A stretch of 64,000 nucleotides of DNA from an uncultured Candidatus Saccharibacteria bacterium (GCA_964356815.1 CAYHIR010000002.1:7418-71417); one strand, 5' to 3'; shown: positions 27,122 to 39,127, numbered from the stretch's first letter. Program-made: numbers and translations. The notes: a model not told the origin generated them from the letters alone.

Positions 27122-27748
27122 ATGAACATTTCGAGGAAAGGTCTCGCGTTCAAGATTCGCTGGTTTCTTTTTGAGCCCAGTGAAAAAATGCTGTGGCAGG
27201 ACAGTCTCTGCAAATTCTGGTGGATGTTCCTGTTCAGACTACTCTTGGTGATTCCAGTGGTGGTGGCCTTCTTCGCGATCGTCATGACTCTGATGATTTC
27301 GTGGGAGCTGTTCTGGATGATCGTCGGCTTGCCTTTTGGATTCAGAACTCTTCTGTTTTTTGAAGAACCACGAAGGGATGACGTTCCAGTGTACCTTGAA
27401 CCCGAACAGGAATGCTGGGGCATGACCTGGCGGAAAATTCCGTACTGGCCGCTCCGTGGCGGATGGCGTTTGCTACCCATCACACTGGTGTCGCTAACCA
27501 CCATCGTGGCCAGCCTCTTCATCTTCAGAGAACCGATCCTGCATTTTGTCTCGGCAGTTGGCATGTGGTCTGTCGAGACGATGCCGCGAATTGCCCTTAT
27601 GGGTATCGCCTTGGCTCTGTCCGTAACCGCTGGCATTGGCGCAATCAAGGTCTTCCGAGCCATCAAGCGGAGTGAAATCGGTCGAATCGGTCGCGCCAGG
27701 TACGACGCCTTCAAGCAAGGTGTTTGCCCGAAGATCAACTACGTCTAG
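27122..27748 (+). CDS. hypothetical polytopic membrane protein (GC-rich cassette gene)
   Basis: SD AAGGAGA 6 nt before ATG. Five or six TM segments. About 52% GC. Terminator downstream. Confidence 0.45.
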   Translation: MNISRKGLAFKIRWFLFEPSEKMLWQDSLCKFWWMFLFRLLLVIPVVVAFFAIVMTLMISWELFWMIVGLPFGFRTLLFFEEPRRDDVPVYLEPEQECWGMTWRKIPYWPLRGGWRLLPITLVSLTTIVASLFIFREPILHFVSAVGMWSVETMPRIALMGIALALSVTAGIGAIKVFRAIKRSEIGRIGRARYDAFKQGVCPKINYV

Positions 27749-27770
27749 CTAGTCCAACAAGCACCTACAT

Positions 27771-27800
27771 CGCCGCGACTCACACTCGCGGCGTTTTCAT
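27771..27800 (+). terminator. rho-independent terminator
   Basis: CGCCGCGA-ctcaca-CTCGCGGCG followed by TTTTCATTT. Confidence 0.6.
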
Positions 27801-27858
27801 TTGCAAAAATTATCTCCCCACTCCGAAATAAATAGTTTTGAGTAAGTATAAGAAATTA

Positions 27859-27968
27859 GAAAATCCCCCAAGTGTGTTGAAAAATGACTACGCAGGCCGA
27901 AGAGGCCGAGGACTAGGAAATTTCACCAGAAATTTCCGGTCATTTTGAAGCACACTTGGGGGATTTTC
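27859..27968. repeat. MITE-like palindromic element: 18-bp perfect terminal inverted repeats flanking a 70-bp core (copy 1 of 2)
   Basis: TIRs GAAAATCCCCCAAGTGTG / CACACTTGGGGGATTTTC. Core 27879-27948 differs at one base from 39128-39197. It contains GGCCGAAGAGGCC and GGAAATTTC-acca-GAAATTTCC. Confidence 0.6.
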
Positions 27969-27973
27969 TATTA

Positions 27974-29257
27974 CTAATAATTCCTCAACCTATTAATATC
28001 CGCATGTTGCCTAATCTTCTCATGCGCTTTTGCCTCAATCTGTCGAATACGCTCGCGAGTCACACCAAATTCCTTGCCCACCTCTTCAAGTGTGTGGGTG
28101 ATGCCGTCTACCAAACCGTGACGCATTTCGAGAATTTTGCGCTCTTTGGCTGGCAAGTGATCTAAGATTTGTTTAACTTGATCAGAAATAATTCGGCGAG
28201 AAGATTCTTGGTCGGGAGAAAGAATTTTGTCGTCGGCAATAAAATCGCCAAGAGTTGATTTGCCATCGTCGCTGTCGTCGCCTACCGGGCTTTCAAGTGA
28301 GACTGTGTTTTGGTCAATTTTTTCTATTTGATAAATTTTCTCCACATCCATATTCATTTCAGTGGCTACTTCTTCGGGCATCGGATCGCGGCCAAGGTCT
28401 TGAGAAAGTCGGCGTACGACTTGCTTGTATTTAGCAATCGTCTCCACCATATGCACCGGCACGCGAATGGTGCGCGACTGATCAGCTAACGCACGAGTAA
28501 TGGCCTGACGAATCCACCATGTGGCATAGGTAGAAAATTTATAACCCTTCGTCCAATCGAATTTGTCGACAGCTTTGAAAAGGCCGAGATTGCCTTCTTG
28601 AATGAGATCGAGCAAAGTGAGATCTGGGCTACGGCCAACATATTTTTTAGCGATAGAAACCACGAGGCGAAGATTTGAACGAGCGAGCAAATTTCGCGCC
28701 TCTTCTTCACCAGCGATAATGCGCCGAGCAAAATCTTTTTCTTGGGCGCCGGAAATGAGCGGATATTGGCCGATTTCTTTGAGATACATTTGAATGGAAT
28801 CGTACGAAGAACCCTCGCCACCGTAAGAATATTTCTTGCCCACGACAGGATCGTCTGGCGACATGTCAAGCAAGCCGCCGCTTTCAAGGACATCCACACC
28901 CGCTTCGGCGAGGCGCAAATATAGATCTTCGAGAAATACGAGGTCAGTTTCGATTGTTGGAAATTCTTTGAGAATTTCGTCGTAGGTAATGAAGCCGCGC
29001 TCTCTGCCCTTAGTGAGTAAGTGCTTCACACCAAGCTCGAGCTTTTGAGCCTTTTTCTGAAGTATTGGTGAGAGTTTTACTTTTGGTTTTGACGACTTTG
29101 ATTTTGAAACTTTTGCCAACTTCACTTTCTTCGCAGACTTGGCGACTGTTTTTTTCTTAGGAACTTTTTTCTTGGCCGGCTTTTTTGATTTATTTGACTT
29201 CTTTGCGTGAGTTGCCTTTTTTGCTGACTTTGTTTTTTTGTTTTTTTGTTTTTTCAT
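27974..29257 (-). CDS. rpoD: RNA polymerase sigma factor RpoD (sigma70) with lysine-rich N-terminal tail
   Basis: Regions 1.2 through 4 ([47 protein letters not shown]). First 65 aa are K-rich. Confidence 0.9.
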   Translation of the reverse strand: MKKQKNKKTKSAKKATHAKKSNKSKKPAKKKVPKKKTVAKSAKKVKLAKVSKSKSSKPKVKLSPILQKKAQKLELGVKHLLTKGRERGFITYDEILKEFPTIETDLVFLEDLYLRLAEAGVDVLESGGLLDMSPDDPVVGKKYSYGGEGSSYDSIQMYLKEIGQYPLISGAQEKDFARRIIAGEEEARNLLARSNLRLVVSIAKKYVGRSPDLTLLDLIQEGNLGLFKAVDKFDWTKGYKFSTYATWWIRQAITRALADQSRTIRVPVHMVETIAKYKQVVRRLSQDLGRDPMPEEVATEMNMDVEKIYQIEKIDQNTVSLESPVGDDSDDGKSTLGDFIADDKILSPDQESSRRIISDQVKQILDHLPAKERKILEMRHGLVDGITHTLEEVGKEFGVTRERIRQIEAKAHEKIRQHADINRLRNY

Positions 29258-29267
29258 GTTTTTGGTT

Positions 29268-31028
29268 TTACTTCGCCGTGTTTTTTTCTGTTTTTTCTAA
29301 TTTTATCAAATGATTGCTAATTTCGTTACACTTTTTTAAAAGCTCCTCTATCTTTACTGGATCACGCGCCTGCTCGGCCACCCGAAGCTCAGCCATTGTT
29401 TTGGCAAATTGCATTTTAAATTCTTCAGCTTGTAAATCTCGGAGAAGTTCTTCAACGATCTCCGCCGCTCGATCGCTACCTTCCAAATATTTTTCGACTT
29501 CAAAAATCAATCTATCTTTCTCCAGAGCCACCTCGGCCTCAAGTGCCACAAATCTTTCTTTGCCAATTATTTCTTTGAGTTTATCCGCAAGCTCCACCTT
29601 GTCTCGCCAATAAAATACGCCAAGCAATGTGCGCTCGATCGAAAACTTGCGAGAGCCTTGAGGAACTTTTGGTGCGAGCGGTCCAGCCGTAGCTCGTCCG
29701 CCCTGACCCGCCGGCGAATTTTGCCCAGCTGGTGAAGCTTGTACCTTAGACGCCGCCTTTAGATCTTCCCACAGAGACTCCTCCCGTGTACCCAGTGCTG
29801 TAGCGACTTTTTTCAAGAAGTGCGCACGATCGACAGAATTTTTGAAAAACAAGAGAAGTGGAAAAACCTCTTCTCGTACTTTTCGAAGACGCTCGCGGTC
29901 GTTTGTGGTACTTCGCAATATTGCCGCCACAGAAAAATCGATGATGTGCTCGGCGGTTTTTAGAGATTGAGCATACGCCGCCGGCTTTTTTAGAAGAAGC
30001 GAGGCTGGATCTTCGCCCTCTGGCAGTGGCGCGATCTTCACCTCCATACCGAGGCCCAAACCAAGCTCCGCCGCGCGTCGCGCGGCGGAAATACCCGCCG
30101 TGTCGCTATCGAAAGCAAACATTACCTTCGGAGAAAGGCGCATCAAACGCTTCAAGTGCAAGTCCGTAAGAGCAGTGCCGGAGGTAGCCACCGTATTTTC
30201 GAAGCCAGCTTGATGCGACATTACGAGGTCCATCTGGCCTTCCACAACGATAGAATACTCTTTGCGACGAATAGCCGCTTTGGCACGGTCGAAGCCGTAC
30301 ATTGTGTCGGATTTTTTGAAAAGAACGGTTTCTGGGCTATTCAAATATTTCGGTGCAGAATCGTCGTTGGGAAAAATTCGCCCCGAGAAAGCCACGATCT
30401 TTCCGCTGGCATTCCAAATCGGGAAAACAATTCGACTTCGGAAAACGTCGTAGTAGCCGGCGTGCGAATCGCGACCTGCGCTTTCGTTTGCCGTCTTCTT
30501 TATGAGCCCAGCCGCCAGCATGTCTGGCACTTTGAAGCCGTTCGACAATAAATAATCATACAGGGAGCGCCACTCATTGCTCGCGTAACCAACGCGCCAA
30601 TCGCGAATAGTTTTTTCTTTGAGGCCACGGCCGAGCAAATACCTCTGAGCTTCGGGCGCGCCTTGCAATCCCCGCTCGAAGAAAATTGTCGCCGCTTCCA
30701 TCACGGTGTAAAGATTTTGTTTGTCTTTATCGTGAGAGACGCTTTGTTCGTCGAGAGACACATGCGCTCGTTCGGCCAAAATTTTGAGAGCCTGAGGAAA
30801 GTCGAGGCCATCAAATTGCTGAATAAAACTAAATATGTCGCCCTTCGCGCCACAACCAAAACAATAGAAAGTACTGCGATCGGGCGAGACGAAGAACGAT
30901 GGCGTTTTCTCGTTGTGAAATGGGCATCGGCCTTTGAGATTTGCCCCCGCCTTTTCCAATTTCACGAAAGATGACACCACTTCCACTATCCCCACTCGTT
31001 CTTTTATTTGTTCAACGACTGACGACAT
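29268..31028 (-). CDS. dnaG: DNA primase
   Basis: CHC2 zinc finger [11 protein letters not shown]...CFGC, TOPRIM EGQMD. dnaG-rpoD adjacency. Confidence 0.9.
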   Translation of the reverse strand: MSSVVEQIKERVGIVEVVSSFVKLEKAGANLKGRCPFHNEKTPSFFVSPDRSTFYCFGCGAKGDIFSFIQQFDGLDFPQALKILAERAHVSLDEQSVSHDKDKQNLYTVMEAATIFFERGLQGAPEAQRYLLGRGLKEKTIRDWRVGYASNEWRSLYDYLLSNGFKVPDMLAAGLIKKTANESAGRDSHAGYYDVFRSRIVFPIWNASGKIVAFSGRIFPNDDSAPKYLNSPETVLFKKSDTMYGFDRAKAAIRRKEYSIVVEGQMDLVMSHQAGFENTVATSGTALTDLHLKRLMRLSPKVMFAFDSDTAGISAARRAAELGLGLGMEVKIAPLPEGEDPASLLLKKPAAYAQSLKTAEHIIDFSVAAILRSTTNDRERLRKVREEVFPLLLFFKNSVDRAHFLKKVATALGTREESLWEDLKAASKVQASPAGQNSPAGQGGRATAGPLAPKVPQGSRKFSIERTLLGVFYWRDKVELADKLKEIIGKERFVALEAEVALEKDRLIFEVEKYLEGSDRAAEIVEELLRDLQAEEFKMQFAKTMAELRVAEQARDPVKIEELLKKCNEISNHLIKLEKTEKNTAK

Positions 31029-31078
31029 ATTTTTTACTCACCATGTCGCACGTTATCGCACACCGCCCGCGAAAAATC

Positions 31079-34000
31079 TTACAAGTTCTGCTGTCGTTTC
31101 TTTTCTTCGAGAATAAGGGCGTGCTTTGGACCACCGACGAAACCCGTACCGGCCGGAATCAAATTTCCAATGATAACGTTTTCTTTCAAACCAATGAGGC
31201 GATCTTCGTGACACTTCACCGCACCACCAATGAGCACGCGAGTAGTGTGTTGGAATGAAGCAGAAGAAAGGAAGCTTCGGCGTGAAAGAGAGACTTCAGT
31301 GATACCCATAATAATGAGCTCGCTTTTTGCTTCAGCACCGCCAGTAGCTTTCACACGCTTATTTTCTTCGAGGAACTCTGAGAGCTCAACAACATCACCA
31401 GTAGAGAAATTGGTTGCACCTTCTTCTTTGATGCGACGGCGCGCAAACATTTGGCGAACGATAACCTCAATGTGCTTTCGAGAAACATTTTCTCCCTGAA
31501 GCTCGTAGAGCTTGCTGATTTCACGAATAATGTATTGCTCTGTGCGCTCACGGCCAGCGTAACGGAAGAGTTCGTCGAGATCGGCTGAGCCGTCGGTGAG
31601 AAGGTTGCCCATCGCTACTTTGTCACCAGTGCGAACAAGAATAGTACGGACCATATTGACCTCATGCTCCACAACTTCACCCTTCTCGCCGCTCTCGAGC
31701 TCAGGCATAATGCGAATCATTTTCTCTGTACCGTTTTGAACAACTTCCAAAACTACGCCATCTACATGGCTCACGACAGCAGGATTTTTTGGCTTTCGTT
31801 TCTCAAAGACTTCCTCAACGCGAGGTAGACCCTGAGTGATGTCGCCACCAACAGAAGCGGTACCACCGGCGTGGAATGTACGCATTGTAAGCTGTGTACC
31901 TGGCTCACCAATAGCTTGAGCGGCTACAGTTCCCACAGCTTCACCAAGGCCGATAGGCTTATTGTTTCCAAGGTCAGCACCGTAACAAATTTGGCAAATA
32001 CCTTGAAGTGTCTTACAGCCAAGTGGAGAACGAACAGAAACACCCTCTACACCAGCGTGCTCGATAGCCAAAGCCAATTCTTTTGTAATGTATTCGCCTT
32101 TCTTAGCGATGAGCTCGCCTTCTTTTTCGCCTTTGGCGCCCTTGCCAGCCTTCGCAAAAACATTTTCCGCCAAGTATCGGCCTTTAATATTTCTTGATAG
32201 TGGGAGCTCGATACCAGAAGCGGTTTCTTTTACGATTCTAATGCCCTCTTTAGCACCGCAATCGTCTTCGGTGATGATGATATCTTGAGCAACATCAAAG
32301 AGGCGGCGTGTGAGATAACCAGCTTTAGCGGTGTTCAAGGCTGTGTCGGTGAGACCTTTGCGTGAACCGTGAGTGGTAATGAAGTACTCGATCGGTGTGA
32401 GACCTTCTTTTGAAGATGAGAGAATTGGAAATTCGATCGTTTCGCCAGCAGTGTTTTGGATCAAACCTTTCATACCACTCATCTGAGTGATGTTTGAAAG
32501 TGAACCTCGAGCACCGGAAGAAATCATATCGCCGAGAGAGCTGCGCTTGTCGAGATTTTCGGAAATGAGTTTTTCAACTTCATTTTTTGCGCCGTGCCAA
32601 ATCTCAATATTTTTTCGCATGCGCTCTTCTTCAGAAATGAGACCGTCGTTGAACTGATCGCCGATAACTTCCGACTTGGCTTTAGCGCGATCAATAATCT
32701 CATGTTTACCTTTTGGCACAATAACTTCATCGATACCCCAAGTGGTACCAGAGTGAGTGGCATATTTGAAACCGAAATTTTTCACGCTGTCCATAATCGC
32801 CGGCACCGCACCAACACCGTAGCGGTCGATAAGATCGTCCACCATAGCCGACATTTTTTTGCGATCGATCTCGAAGTTCATGTAAGGATAATCGGCAGGC
32901 AAAACTGCATTGAATAGCAGGCGGCCGACAGTCGTTTCGAAGAGTTTTCCTTCAAATTGCCCGTACTTAGGATCGCCCTCTGGTGGCAAAACTTTTATTT
33001 TTGCTCTGTAGCCCACCGCGCCAAAAGAGCGAGTGGTGATGGCTTGGTCTGGGCTCGCAAAATGCAGACCCTCACCTTTCTCTCCTGTAACATTTTTGGT
33101 CATCCAAAAAGCGCCGAGCACGATGTCGAGTTTGTTGATGGATGCGATAAGGTCGCCGCTTCCTGGCTTTAGAATGTTTTTATCTGATGCCATGATCTCA
33201 CGAGCTTCCATTTGAGCTTCGAAAGAAAGAGGCACATGTACGGCCATCTGATCACCGTCGAAGTCGGCGTTGAAAGCTGTACAAACGAGTGGATGCACGC
33301 GGATAGCATCACCTTCGATAAGGATAGGCTTGAAAGCTTGAATACCAAGACGATGTAAAGTTGGCGCGCGGTTTAAGAGAACATATTTGTCTTTAATCAC
33401 CTCTTCAAGGATTGCCCACACTTCTGGAATTCCGTCTTCGATGAGGCGACTAGCGCCACGAATGTTGAAAGCTAATTCTTTTTTGAGTAGACCAGAAATG
33501 ACGAACGGCTTAAAGAGTTCGAGGGCCATGTGCTTTGGCAAACCACATTGGTCGAGATAAAGCTCAGGACCAACGACAATAACGGAACGACCAGAATAAT
33601 CTACACGCTTACCCAAAAGATTGGCACGGAAAAGACCGCGTTTGCCTTTGAGATTGTCGGAAAGCGATTTGAGCGGACGGCGTTGTAGCTGACTCACAGC
33701 AGAAGACTGAGAATTGCTGTGACGGATTGTGTTGTCGATTAGAGAATCAACAGCTTCTTGCAAAATACGCTTTTCGTTGCGCAAGATAACCTCTGGTGCA
33801 TTAATTTCTTTGAGCTTTTTGAGGCGATTGTTGCGATTGATGACGCGTCGGTAAAGATCGTTTACATCTGATGTAGCATAACGACCGCCGTCGAGAGGCA
33901 CCATCGGGCGAAGCGCTGGTGGAATAACTGGAATACGAGTCATAAACATCCACTCTGGGCGAATGTTGTTGCGGATCATGGCACGAATAAAAGAGATACG

Positions 34001-34804
34001 CTTTTGAGCTTTTTCGGTCTCCATTGCACCAGCTTTTTCGAGCGACGCAACAAGGTTGGCTTCGAGTTTCTTGAGATCGAGCTTCTTGAAAATGTTGAAA
34101 ATAGCTTCAGCGCCGATTTCTGCTTCGAAAAGACCGCCATATTTCATCGAGAACGAATGATATTTCACTTCGTCGAGCACCACACCTTCTTCAATGCCAT
34201 CAATCTCAGACTTAGCCGCCGTGAGAAGTTCACGGAGAGCCTCTTTTGTCTTTTCGTCGGCAGAAGATTTCATCTTCGACTTAAACTCGCTGTCCAAATC
34301 TTTCAAAATGCGAGTGCGCTCTTCTTCTGAGACGCTCGTGACGATATAGCCCGCGAAATAAATTACCTTTTCTATTTCACCTGTAGGCAAACCCATAACC
34401 AAGCTCACGCGTGAAGGCATACTTCGGAGAAACCAAATATGAGACACCGGTGAAGCGAGCTCAATGTGACCCATGCGTTCACGGCGCACGATAGAGCGAG
34501 TGATTTCCACACCACATTTTTCACACACAATGCCTTTGTAACGAATACCGCGATATTTTCCACAATAACATTCGAAATCTTTGTCCGGACCGAAAATTTT
34601 CTCATCGAAGAGGCCGCTTCTTTCGCTTCTTTGTGTGCGGTAATTGATAGTTTCAGGTTTTGTAACTTCACCGAAAGACCACTCTCTGATTTTTTCCGGT
34701 GAAGCAAGCTTCAACACGATAGTGTCGAAACGCTCAGCACCTTGGCCAGGAACTCGCGCTTTTGTCTTTGCCCCAAACTTTGATTCAAATTTTGATGTTT
34801 GCAT
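31079..34804 (-). CDS. rpoC: DNA-directed RNA polymerase subunit beta'
   Basis: NADFDGDQM catalytic motif, zinc-binding Cys, 1241 aa. Confidence 0.95.
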   Translation of the reverse strand: MQTSKFESKFGAKTKARVPGQGAERFDTIVLKLASPEKIREWSFGEVTKPETINYRTQRSERSGLFDEKIFGPDKDFECYCGKYRGIRYKGIVCEKCGVEITRSIVRRERMGHIELASPVSHIWFLRSMPSRVSLVMGLPTGEIEKVIYFAGYIVTSVSEEERTRILKDLDSEFKSKMKSSADEKTKEALRELLTAAKSEIDGIEEGVVLDEVKYHSFSMKYGGLFEAEIGAEAIFNIFKKLDLKKLEANLVASLEKAGAMETEKAQKRISFIRAMIRNNIRPEWMFMTRIPVIPPALRPMVPLDGGRYATSDVNDLYRRVINRNNRLKKLKEINAPEVILRNEKRILQEAVDSLIDNTIRHSNSQSSAVSQLQRRPLKSLSDNLKGKRGLFRANLLGKRVDYSGRSVIVVGPELYLDQCGLPKHMALELFKPFVISGLLKKELAFNIRGASRLIEDGIPEVWAILEEVIKDKYVLLNRAPTLHRLGIQAFKPILIEGDAIRVHPLVCTAFNADFDGDQMAVHVPLSFEAQMEAREIMASDKNILKPGSGDLIASINKLDIVLGAFWMTKNVTGEKGEGLHFASPDQAITTRSFGAVGYRAKIKVLPPEGDPKYGQFEGKLFETTVGRLLFNAVLPADYPYMNFEIDRKKMSAMVDDLIDRYGVGAVPAIMDSVKNFGFKYATHSGTTWGIDEVIVPKGKHEIIDRAKAKSEVIGDQFNDGLISEEERMRKNIEIWHGAKNEVEKLISENLDKRSSLGDMISSGARGSLSNITQMSGMKGLIQNTAGETIEFPILSSSKEGLTPIEYFITTHGSRKGLTDTALNTAKAGYLTRRLFDVAQDIIITEDDCGAKEGIRIVKETASGIELPLSRNIKGRYLAENVFAKAGKGAKGEKEGELIAKKGEYITKELALAIEHAGVEGVSVRSPLGCKTLQGICQICYGADLGNNKPIGLGEAVGTVAAQAIGEPGTQLTMRTFHAGGTASVGGDITQGLPRVEEVFEKRKPKNPAVVSHVDGVVLEVVQNGTEKMIRIMPELESGEKGEVVEHEVNMVRTILVRTGDKVAMGNLLTDGSADLDELFRYAGRERTEQYIIREISKLYELQGENVSRKHIEVIVRQMFARRRIKEEGATNFSTGDVVELSEFLEENKRVKATGGAEAKSELIIMGITEVSLSRRSFLSSASFQHTTRVLIGGAVKCHEDRLIGLKENVIIGNLIPAGTGFVGGPKHALILEEKKRQQNL

Positions 34805-34830
34805 GTTGTTTTTTTAATTATTTGGGACTA

Positions 34831-37800
34831 TTAAGCGTCGAGTTCTCCACTTGCTTGGGCATCAGCATTCGAGGCGGTCGACTTATCCGCTTTTTCTGCA
34901 CCAGCACCAGCGCCAAGTTTGTCTATTTTCTTAAGATCGATATCCAAGCCAAGACCACGAAGATTGTTCAAAAGCACATTGAAAGAGGCGGGAATATTTA
35001 GCTCACGGATCGGCTCACCTTTGACGATCGCATCGAAAGCGGCTGAGCGACCAGGGATGTCGTCGGATTTGATTGTGAGCATTTCACGAAGTGTGTACGC
35101 GGCGCCATGACCAAGAAGTGCCCAAACTTCCATTTCTCCAAATCGCTGACCTCCAGCTTGGGCTTTTCCACCGAGAGGTTGCTGAGTGATGAGAGAGTAC
35201 GGACCAATAGATCGCATGTGAATTTTGTCTTCAACCATGTGATGAAGCTTCAAGACATACATGTAACCAATTGCAATTTTCTGACCAAATTCTTCGCCAG
35301 TGCGTCCATCGAAAAGAGTGACTTTGCCATCTGCTTCGAAGCCAGCTTTCACCAATTCTTCTTTAATTTCAATATCACTCGCGCCAGTAAACGGAGGCAC
35401 GATAGCTTGGTAGCCAAGAGTGTGAGCGGCAAGACCAAGATGAAGCTCGAGAATTTGTCCAAGGTTCATACGAGAAGGCACGCCGAGAGGAGTAAGAATC
35501 ACATCCACAGGTGTACCGTCGGCCATGTAAGGCATATCTTCTTCAGGCAAGATGCGAGAAATAACACCTTTATTGCCGTGGCGGCCAGCGAGTTTGTCAC
35601 CCACAGACACATTTCGGAGTTGGGCGACTTCAATATGAATACGCTTGATAATGCCCGAGTCGAGCTTGTCGCCGCGCTCGCGTGAGAAGACCTGCACATT
35701 TATAATACGACCGCGCTTGCCACCTTCCATGCGCTTTGATGTGTCTTTGACATCGCGAGCTTTTTCACCAAATAGAGATCGGAGCAAACGCTCTTCAGGA
35801 GTAAGTTGTGTCTCACCTTTTGGTGTAATTTTTCCTACCAAAATATCACCCGGACGGACTTCTGCACCGATGCGAATGATGCCGTCTTCAGCCAAGTTTT
35901 TTAGCTTCGCTTCGCCAACGTTTGGAATGTCGCAGGTTGTAACTTCCGGACCGAGTTTTGTATCGCGCACATTCACGACAAATTCTTCAATATGAATAGT
36001 TGTAAATTTGCTGTCTTTTACGAGGCGCTCAGAAAGGATAATGGCGTCTTCATAATTTGATCCAGACCATGACATGAAAGCCACCAAAACGTTTTGGCCG
36101 AGTGCCATTTCGCCGCGATCGCTAGAAGATGTATCAGCAAGGACATGGCCTTTCTTCACTTTCTCACCAAGGCCAACGCTCGGTCGTTGATGGAAACATG
36201 TAAAGCCGTTTGTGCGTGAGAATGTGACGAGCTTATATTCTTTTTCTTTACCCTTTTCGTTTTTCACAGTAATGCTTTTCGCATCTACTTGAGTGACAGT
36301 CCCCGCTTCTTCTGCAAGAACGAGGCGGCCAGTGTCGCGGACAGCGCGAGCTTCGATGCCAGTGGCAACGAGTGGCGCTTCAGGCACGATACAAGGTGTA
36401 GCTTGTTTCTGCATGTTTGAACCCATGAGTGCGCGATTGGCATCGTCGTGATTCAAGAAAGGAATCATGGAAGTAGCAACAGAGAAAGCTTGGTTTGTAT
36501 CGACATCTATATAGTCGACCTTATCGGCAGTGACCATACCCGGCTCGCCAGCAATGCGTACCTCGACATTTTTATCAATAATTTTTCCACTTTCATCTAC
36601 AGGCGTCGCGGCGTGAGCGATGTTGCATTGCTCTTCTTCGAGAGCGTTCAGGTAAGAAATTTCGGTTGTCACAACGCCATTTTTCACGCGGGCGTACGGC
36701 GTTTCGATCATGCCGAATTCGTTGAGACGAGCGTACAAGCTCAAGCGCAAAATGAGACCGATGTTTGGACCTTCAGGTGTGTGAATTGGACAAAGACGAC
36801 CGTAATGAGAGGGGTGAACATCGCGCACCTCGAAGCCGGCGCGAGCGCGATTCAAACCACCAGGGCCGAGTGCGGAAAGTGTACGCAAATGCTCAATTTC
36901 TGAAAGCGCATTTTCCTGTTGCATGAATTGCGAAAGCTGATTGGTCGTGAAAAATTCTTTAATGCGAGCTTGGAGAGGCTTTGGGCTGATGAATTGCACA
37001 GGCAAAGTGACATCGCTCTCAACGGTCGACATTCGGTTTTGAATGTTGCGCTTAATCTGCGTCATACCAACACGAATCTTTTGCTGGAACATTTCGCCCA
37101 CAAAGCGCACGCGGCGTGAACCGAGATGATCGATATCATCTTCCATCGCGCCAGGGGTCGTGTTGAGTTTAATAATATTAGAAACAATTGTCTTCAAATC
37201 TTCGAGAGAAATAGTCTTTCGAGAAAGCTCGGGCTCTGTGAGCTTCTTTTCAAAACGCTGATTGAAGCGGAAACGACCGACGCGAGAAAGATCGTAGCGT
37301 TCTTCGTCAAAAATAGATTTTACAAATTCGCGGGCATTGTCGGCTGTTGCCAAATCGCCGTCGCGAAGGCGTTTGTGAATTTCAATAAAAGCTTCTTCAG
37401 GAGTTTTGGCGTGATCTTTGGCGAGAGTCTTCTCAATAAATTGCTTGGCGGCAGGATTGTCCTCAAAAAGCGCCGAAATGTCTTTATCTGTAGACGCACC
37501 ACGGACACGAAGGAGAGACGTGACCGGGAACTTTCGCTTGCGATCGATGCGTACATATAGAGTGTGATCGCCATCTGTCTCGATTTCTACCCAAGCACCG
37601 CGAGCAGGAATGATCTTCGCACCAAAAACCATTTTGCCCTTCGCTTCTTGAGATGTGAAGAAAACACCGAAAGAACGAGCGAGCTGTGGCACCACCACGC
37701 GCTCAATACCACCCACGACGAATGTACCGTGACTCGTCATCATCGGAAAATCGGTCATGAAAATCTCTTGCTCTTTTGTGGTGCCGAGTGTGAGATTTTT

Positions 37801-38130
37801 TAGCTTCACAATCACCTTAAGCGGTGCTTCGTAGGAGAGTTTATTGTCTTTGGCGTAGTATTCGTCAAACTTGGGCTGTGCCAACTCAAACTTCACAAAT
37901 TCAAACTCAAACTTTTTACCAGAATAATCTTTAATAGAAGAAAATTCTGCAAACACATCTTTGAGGCCTTTCTCAATAAGCCAATTGAAAGAGTTGATCT
38001 GAGACTCAACCAAATTTGGCATTGGCGAAAGAGCTTTCTTCCACTTGCCGAAATATTTCTTCTTGAGCTCTTTCGGTGCGTTTGTGAGAGCAACACTAGC
38101 GCCGCCTTTTTCTTCAGTGTGAGTGGTCAT
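34831..38130 (-). CDS. rpoB: DNA-directed RNA polymerase subunit beta
   Basis: Conserved rpoB blocks throughout 1099 aa. Immediately upstream of rpoC. Confidence 0.95.
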   Translation of the reverse strand: MTTHTEEKGGASVALTNAPKELKKKYFGKWKKALSPMPNLVESQINSFNWLIEKGLKDVFAEFSSIKDYSGKKFEFEFVKFELAQPKFDEYYAKDNKLSYEAPLKVIVKLKNLTLGTTKEQEIFMTDFPMMTSHGTFVVGGIERVVVPQLARSFGVFFTSQEAKGKMVFGAKIIPARGAWVEIETDGDHTLYVRIDRKRKFPVTSLLRVRGASTDKDISALFEDNPAAKQFIEKTLAKDHAKTPEEAFIEIHKRLRDGDLATADNAREFVKSIFDEERYDLSRVGRFRFNQRFEKKLTEPELSRKTISLEDLKTIVSNIIKLNTTPGAMEDDIDHLGSRRVRFVGEMFQQKIRVGMTQIKRNIQNRMSTVESDVTLPVQFISPKPLQARIKEFFTTNQLSQFMQQENALSEIEHLRTLSALGPGGLNRARAGFEVRDVHPSHYGRLCPIHTPEGPNIGLILRLSLYARLNEFGMIETPYARVKNGVVTTEISYLNALEEEQCNIAHAATPVDESGKIIDKNVEVRIAGEPGMVTADKVDYIDVDTNQAFSVATSMIPFLNHDDANRALMGSNMQKQATPCIVPEAPLVATGIEARAVRDTGRLVLAEEAGTVTQVDAKSITVKNEKGKEKEYKLVTFSRTNGFTCFHQRPSVGLGEKVKKGHVLADTSSSDRGEMALGQNVLVAFMSWSGSNYEDAIILSERLVKDSKFTTIHIEEFVVNVRDTKLGPEVTTCDIPNVGEAKLKNLAEDGIIRIGAEVRPGDILVGKITPKGETQLTPEERLLRSLFGEKARDVKDTSKRMEGGKRGRIINVQVFSRERGDKLDSGIIKRIHIEVAQLRNVSVGDKLAGRHGNKGVISRILPEEDMPYMADGTPVDVILTPLGVPSRMNLGQILELHLGLAAHTLGYQAIVPPFTGASDIEIKEELVKAGFEADGKVTLFDGRTGEEFGQKIAIGYMYVLKLHHMVEDKIHMRSIGPYSLITQQPLGGKAQAGGQRFGEMEVWALLGHGAAYTLREMLTIKSDDIPGRSAAFDAIVKGEPIRELNIPASFNVLLNNLRGLGLDIDLKKIDKLGAGAGAEKADKSTASNADAQASGELDA

Positions 38131-38456
38131 GATTAATTATTTAGCGATTGATAAGTTCTAAACCGACGGTCAGACCGGCAAACGCACCGGCAAAAACAAC
38201 AAATTTCGCACAAACAAACAAAAACACGCCCTATCCACAATAGGGGCTTGTTAACCTCTTAAATATTTATCTATTAAAATGGGACAAAATACCGAAAGGA
38301 TTAAAACGCCTTGCTAATCCTTCATTTTCTAGCCGTAACTCAATCGTATTTGAAGTATCGCGATTATAGTCGACTATCAATTTTCTGTCAAGAAGGGTTA
38401 AAGGAGGGTGTGGGGATAGCCCAGTTTGCTATATGTCTCGAAATGACCATGGCGAG

Positions 38457-39107
38457 CTAACCCCTCCTCCACCCCTCTATCCTCTTATGATCCCCCGATA
38501 GCAAAACTTTCGGCACATTATATTTTTTTCCTTTATAAACGAGCTTTTCCGGGCGCGTATACACATCCGAGCTGGCGGCGCGCGACTCTTCAATAGACTC
38601 GGCATTGCCGAGGACTTCTGGCACTTGGCGGGCGACAGCATCTAAGATAATCATGGCTGGCAATTCCCCACCAGTGAGCACGAATGGGCCAACAGAAATT
38701 TCTTCAGCGCGGAAAATTTTTCTCACGCGAGCGTCGACACCTTCATAACGACCGCAGATGATAATTATGTCTGTGAATTTTTTAGAAAATTGCGAGGCGA
38801 CTTCGTTTGTAAATTGTTTGCCGGACGGCGAGAGAAAGACGATCTTCGGCTTCTTTTTAGATTTTTTGGCTGCAGTGCCGAGGGCTTTTTCAATTGCCTT
38901 AATAATCGGCTCGGCACGCATCACTCGGCCGGGGCCGCCGCCGTAGGGTTTGTCGTCGGCACGCTTGGCAGAACCTTTCGGCTCAAAATCTTTTGGATCG
39001 TAAAATTTGACCGCGATTTTTTTGTCTTCTATCGCACGCTTAATAATCGACTCGCCGAGGTATGAGTCAAATGATTTTGGGAAAAGGGTGATTATATGAA
39101 AAATCAT
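38457..39107 (-). CDS. trmD: tRNA (guanine37-N1)-methyltransferase
   Basis: SPOUT/TrmD motifs (ICGRYEGVDARV, GGELPAMII). Short form of 216 aa. Confidence 0.8.
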   Translation of the reverse strand: MIFHIITLFPKSFDSYLGESIIKRAIEDKKIAVKFYDPKDFEPKGSAKRADDKPYGGGPGRVMRAEPIIKAIEKALGTAAKKSKKKPKIVFLSPSGKQFTNEVASQFSKKFTDIIIICGRYEGVDARVRKIFRAEEISVGPFVLTGGELPAMIILDAVARQVPEVLGNAESIEESRAASSDVYTRPEKLVYKGKKYNVPKVLLSGDHKRIEGWRRG

Positions 39108-39127
39108 TTTGGTTTTTTCGTTTGTAA

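Noticed and set aside
27076-27738. Minus-strand 220-aa ORF overlapping the 27122-27748 membrane-protein gene
   Set aside because: It has no RBS and no recognisable domains. It is antisense to an ORF with a strong SD and terminator.
27892-27910. GGCCGAAGAGGCC (SfiI-type site) as evidence of a cloning artefact
   Set aside because: The site recurs within a natural-looking palindromic repeat at two genomic loci, and no vector-like sequence is nearby. It is noted only as a curiosity.
31079-38130. Numerous 60-190-aa ORFs antisense or out of frame within rpoB/rpoC, and similarly inside gyrB, dnaE, smc and thrS
   Set aside because: They are nested in long, well-supported conserved genes and are typical spurious frames of coding sequence.
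38400-38500. G-rich/C-rich complementary segments upstream of rpoB as a riboswitch or ribosomal-protein leader
   Set aside because: The pairing is imperfect and no known leader motif is recognisable. It is mentioned only within the synteny finding.
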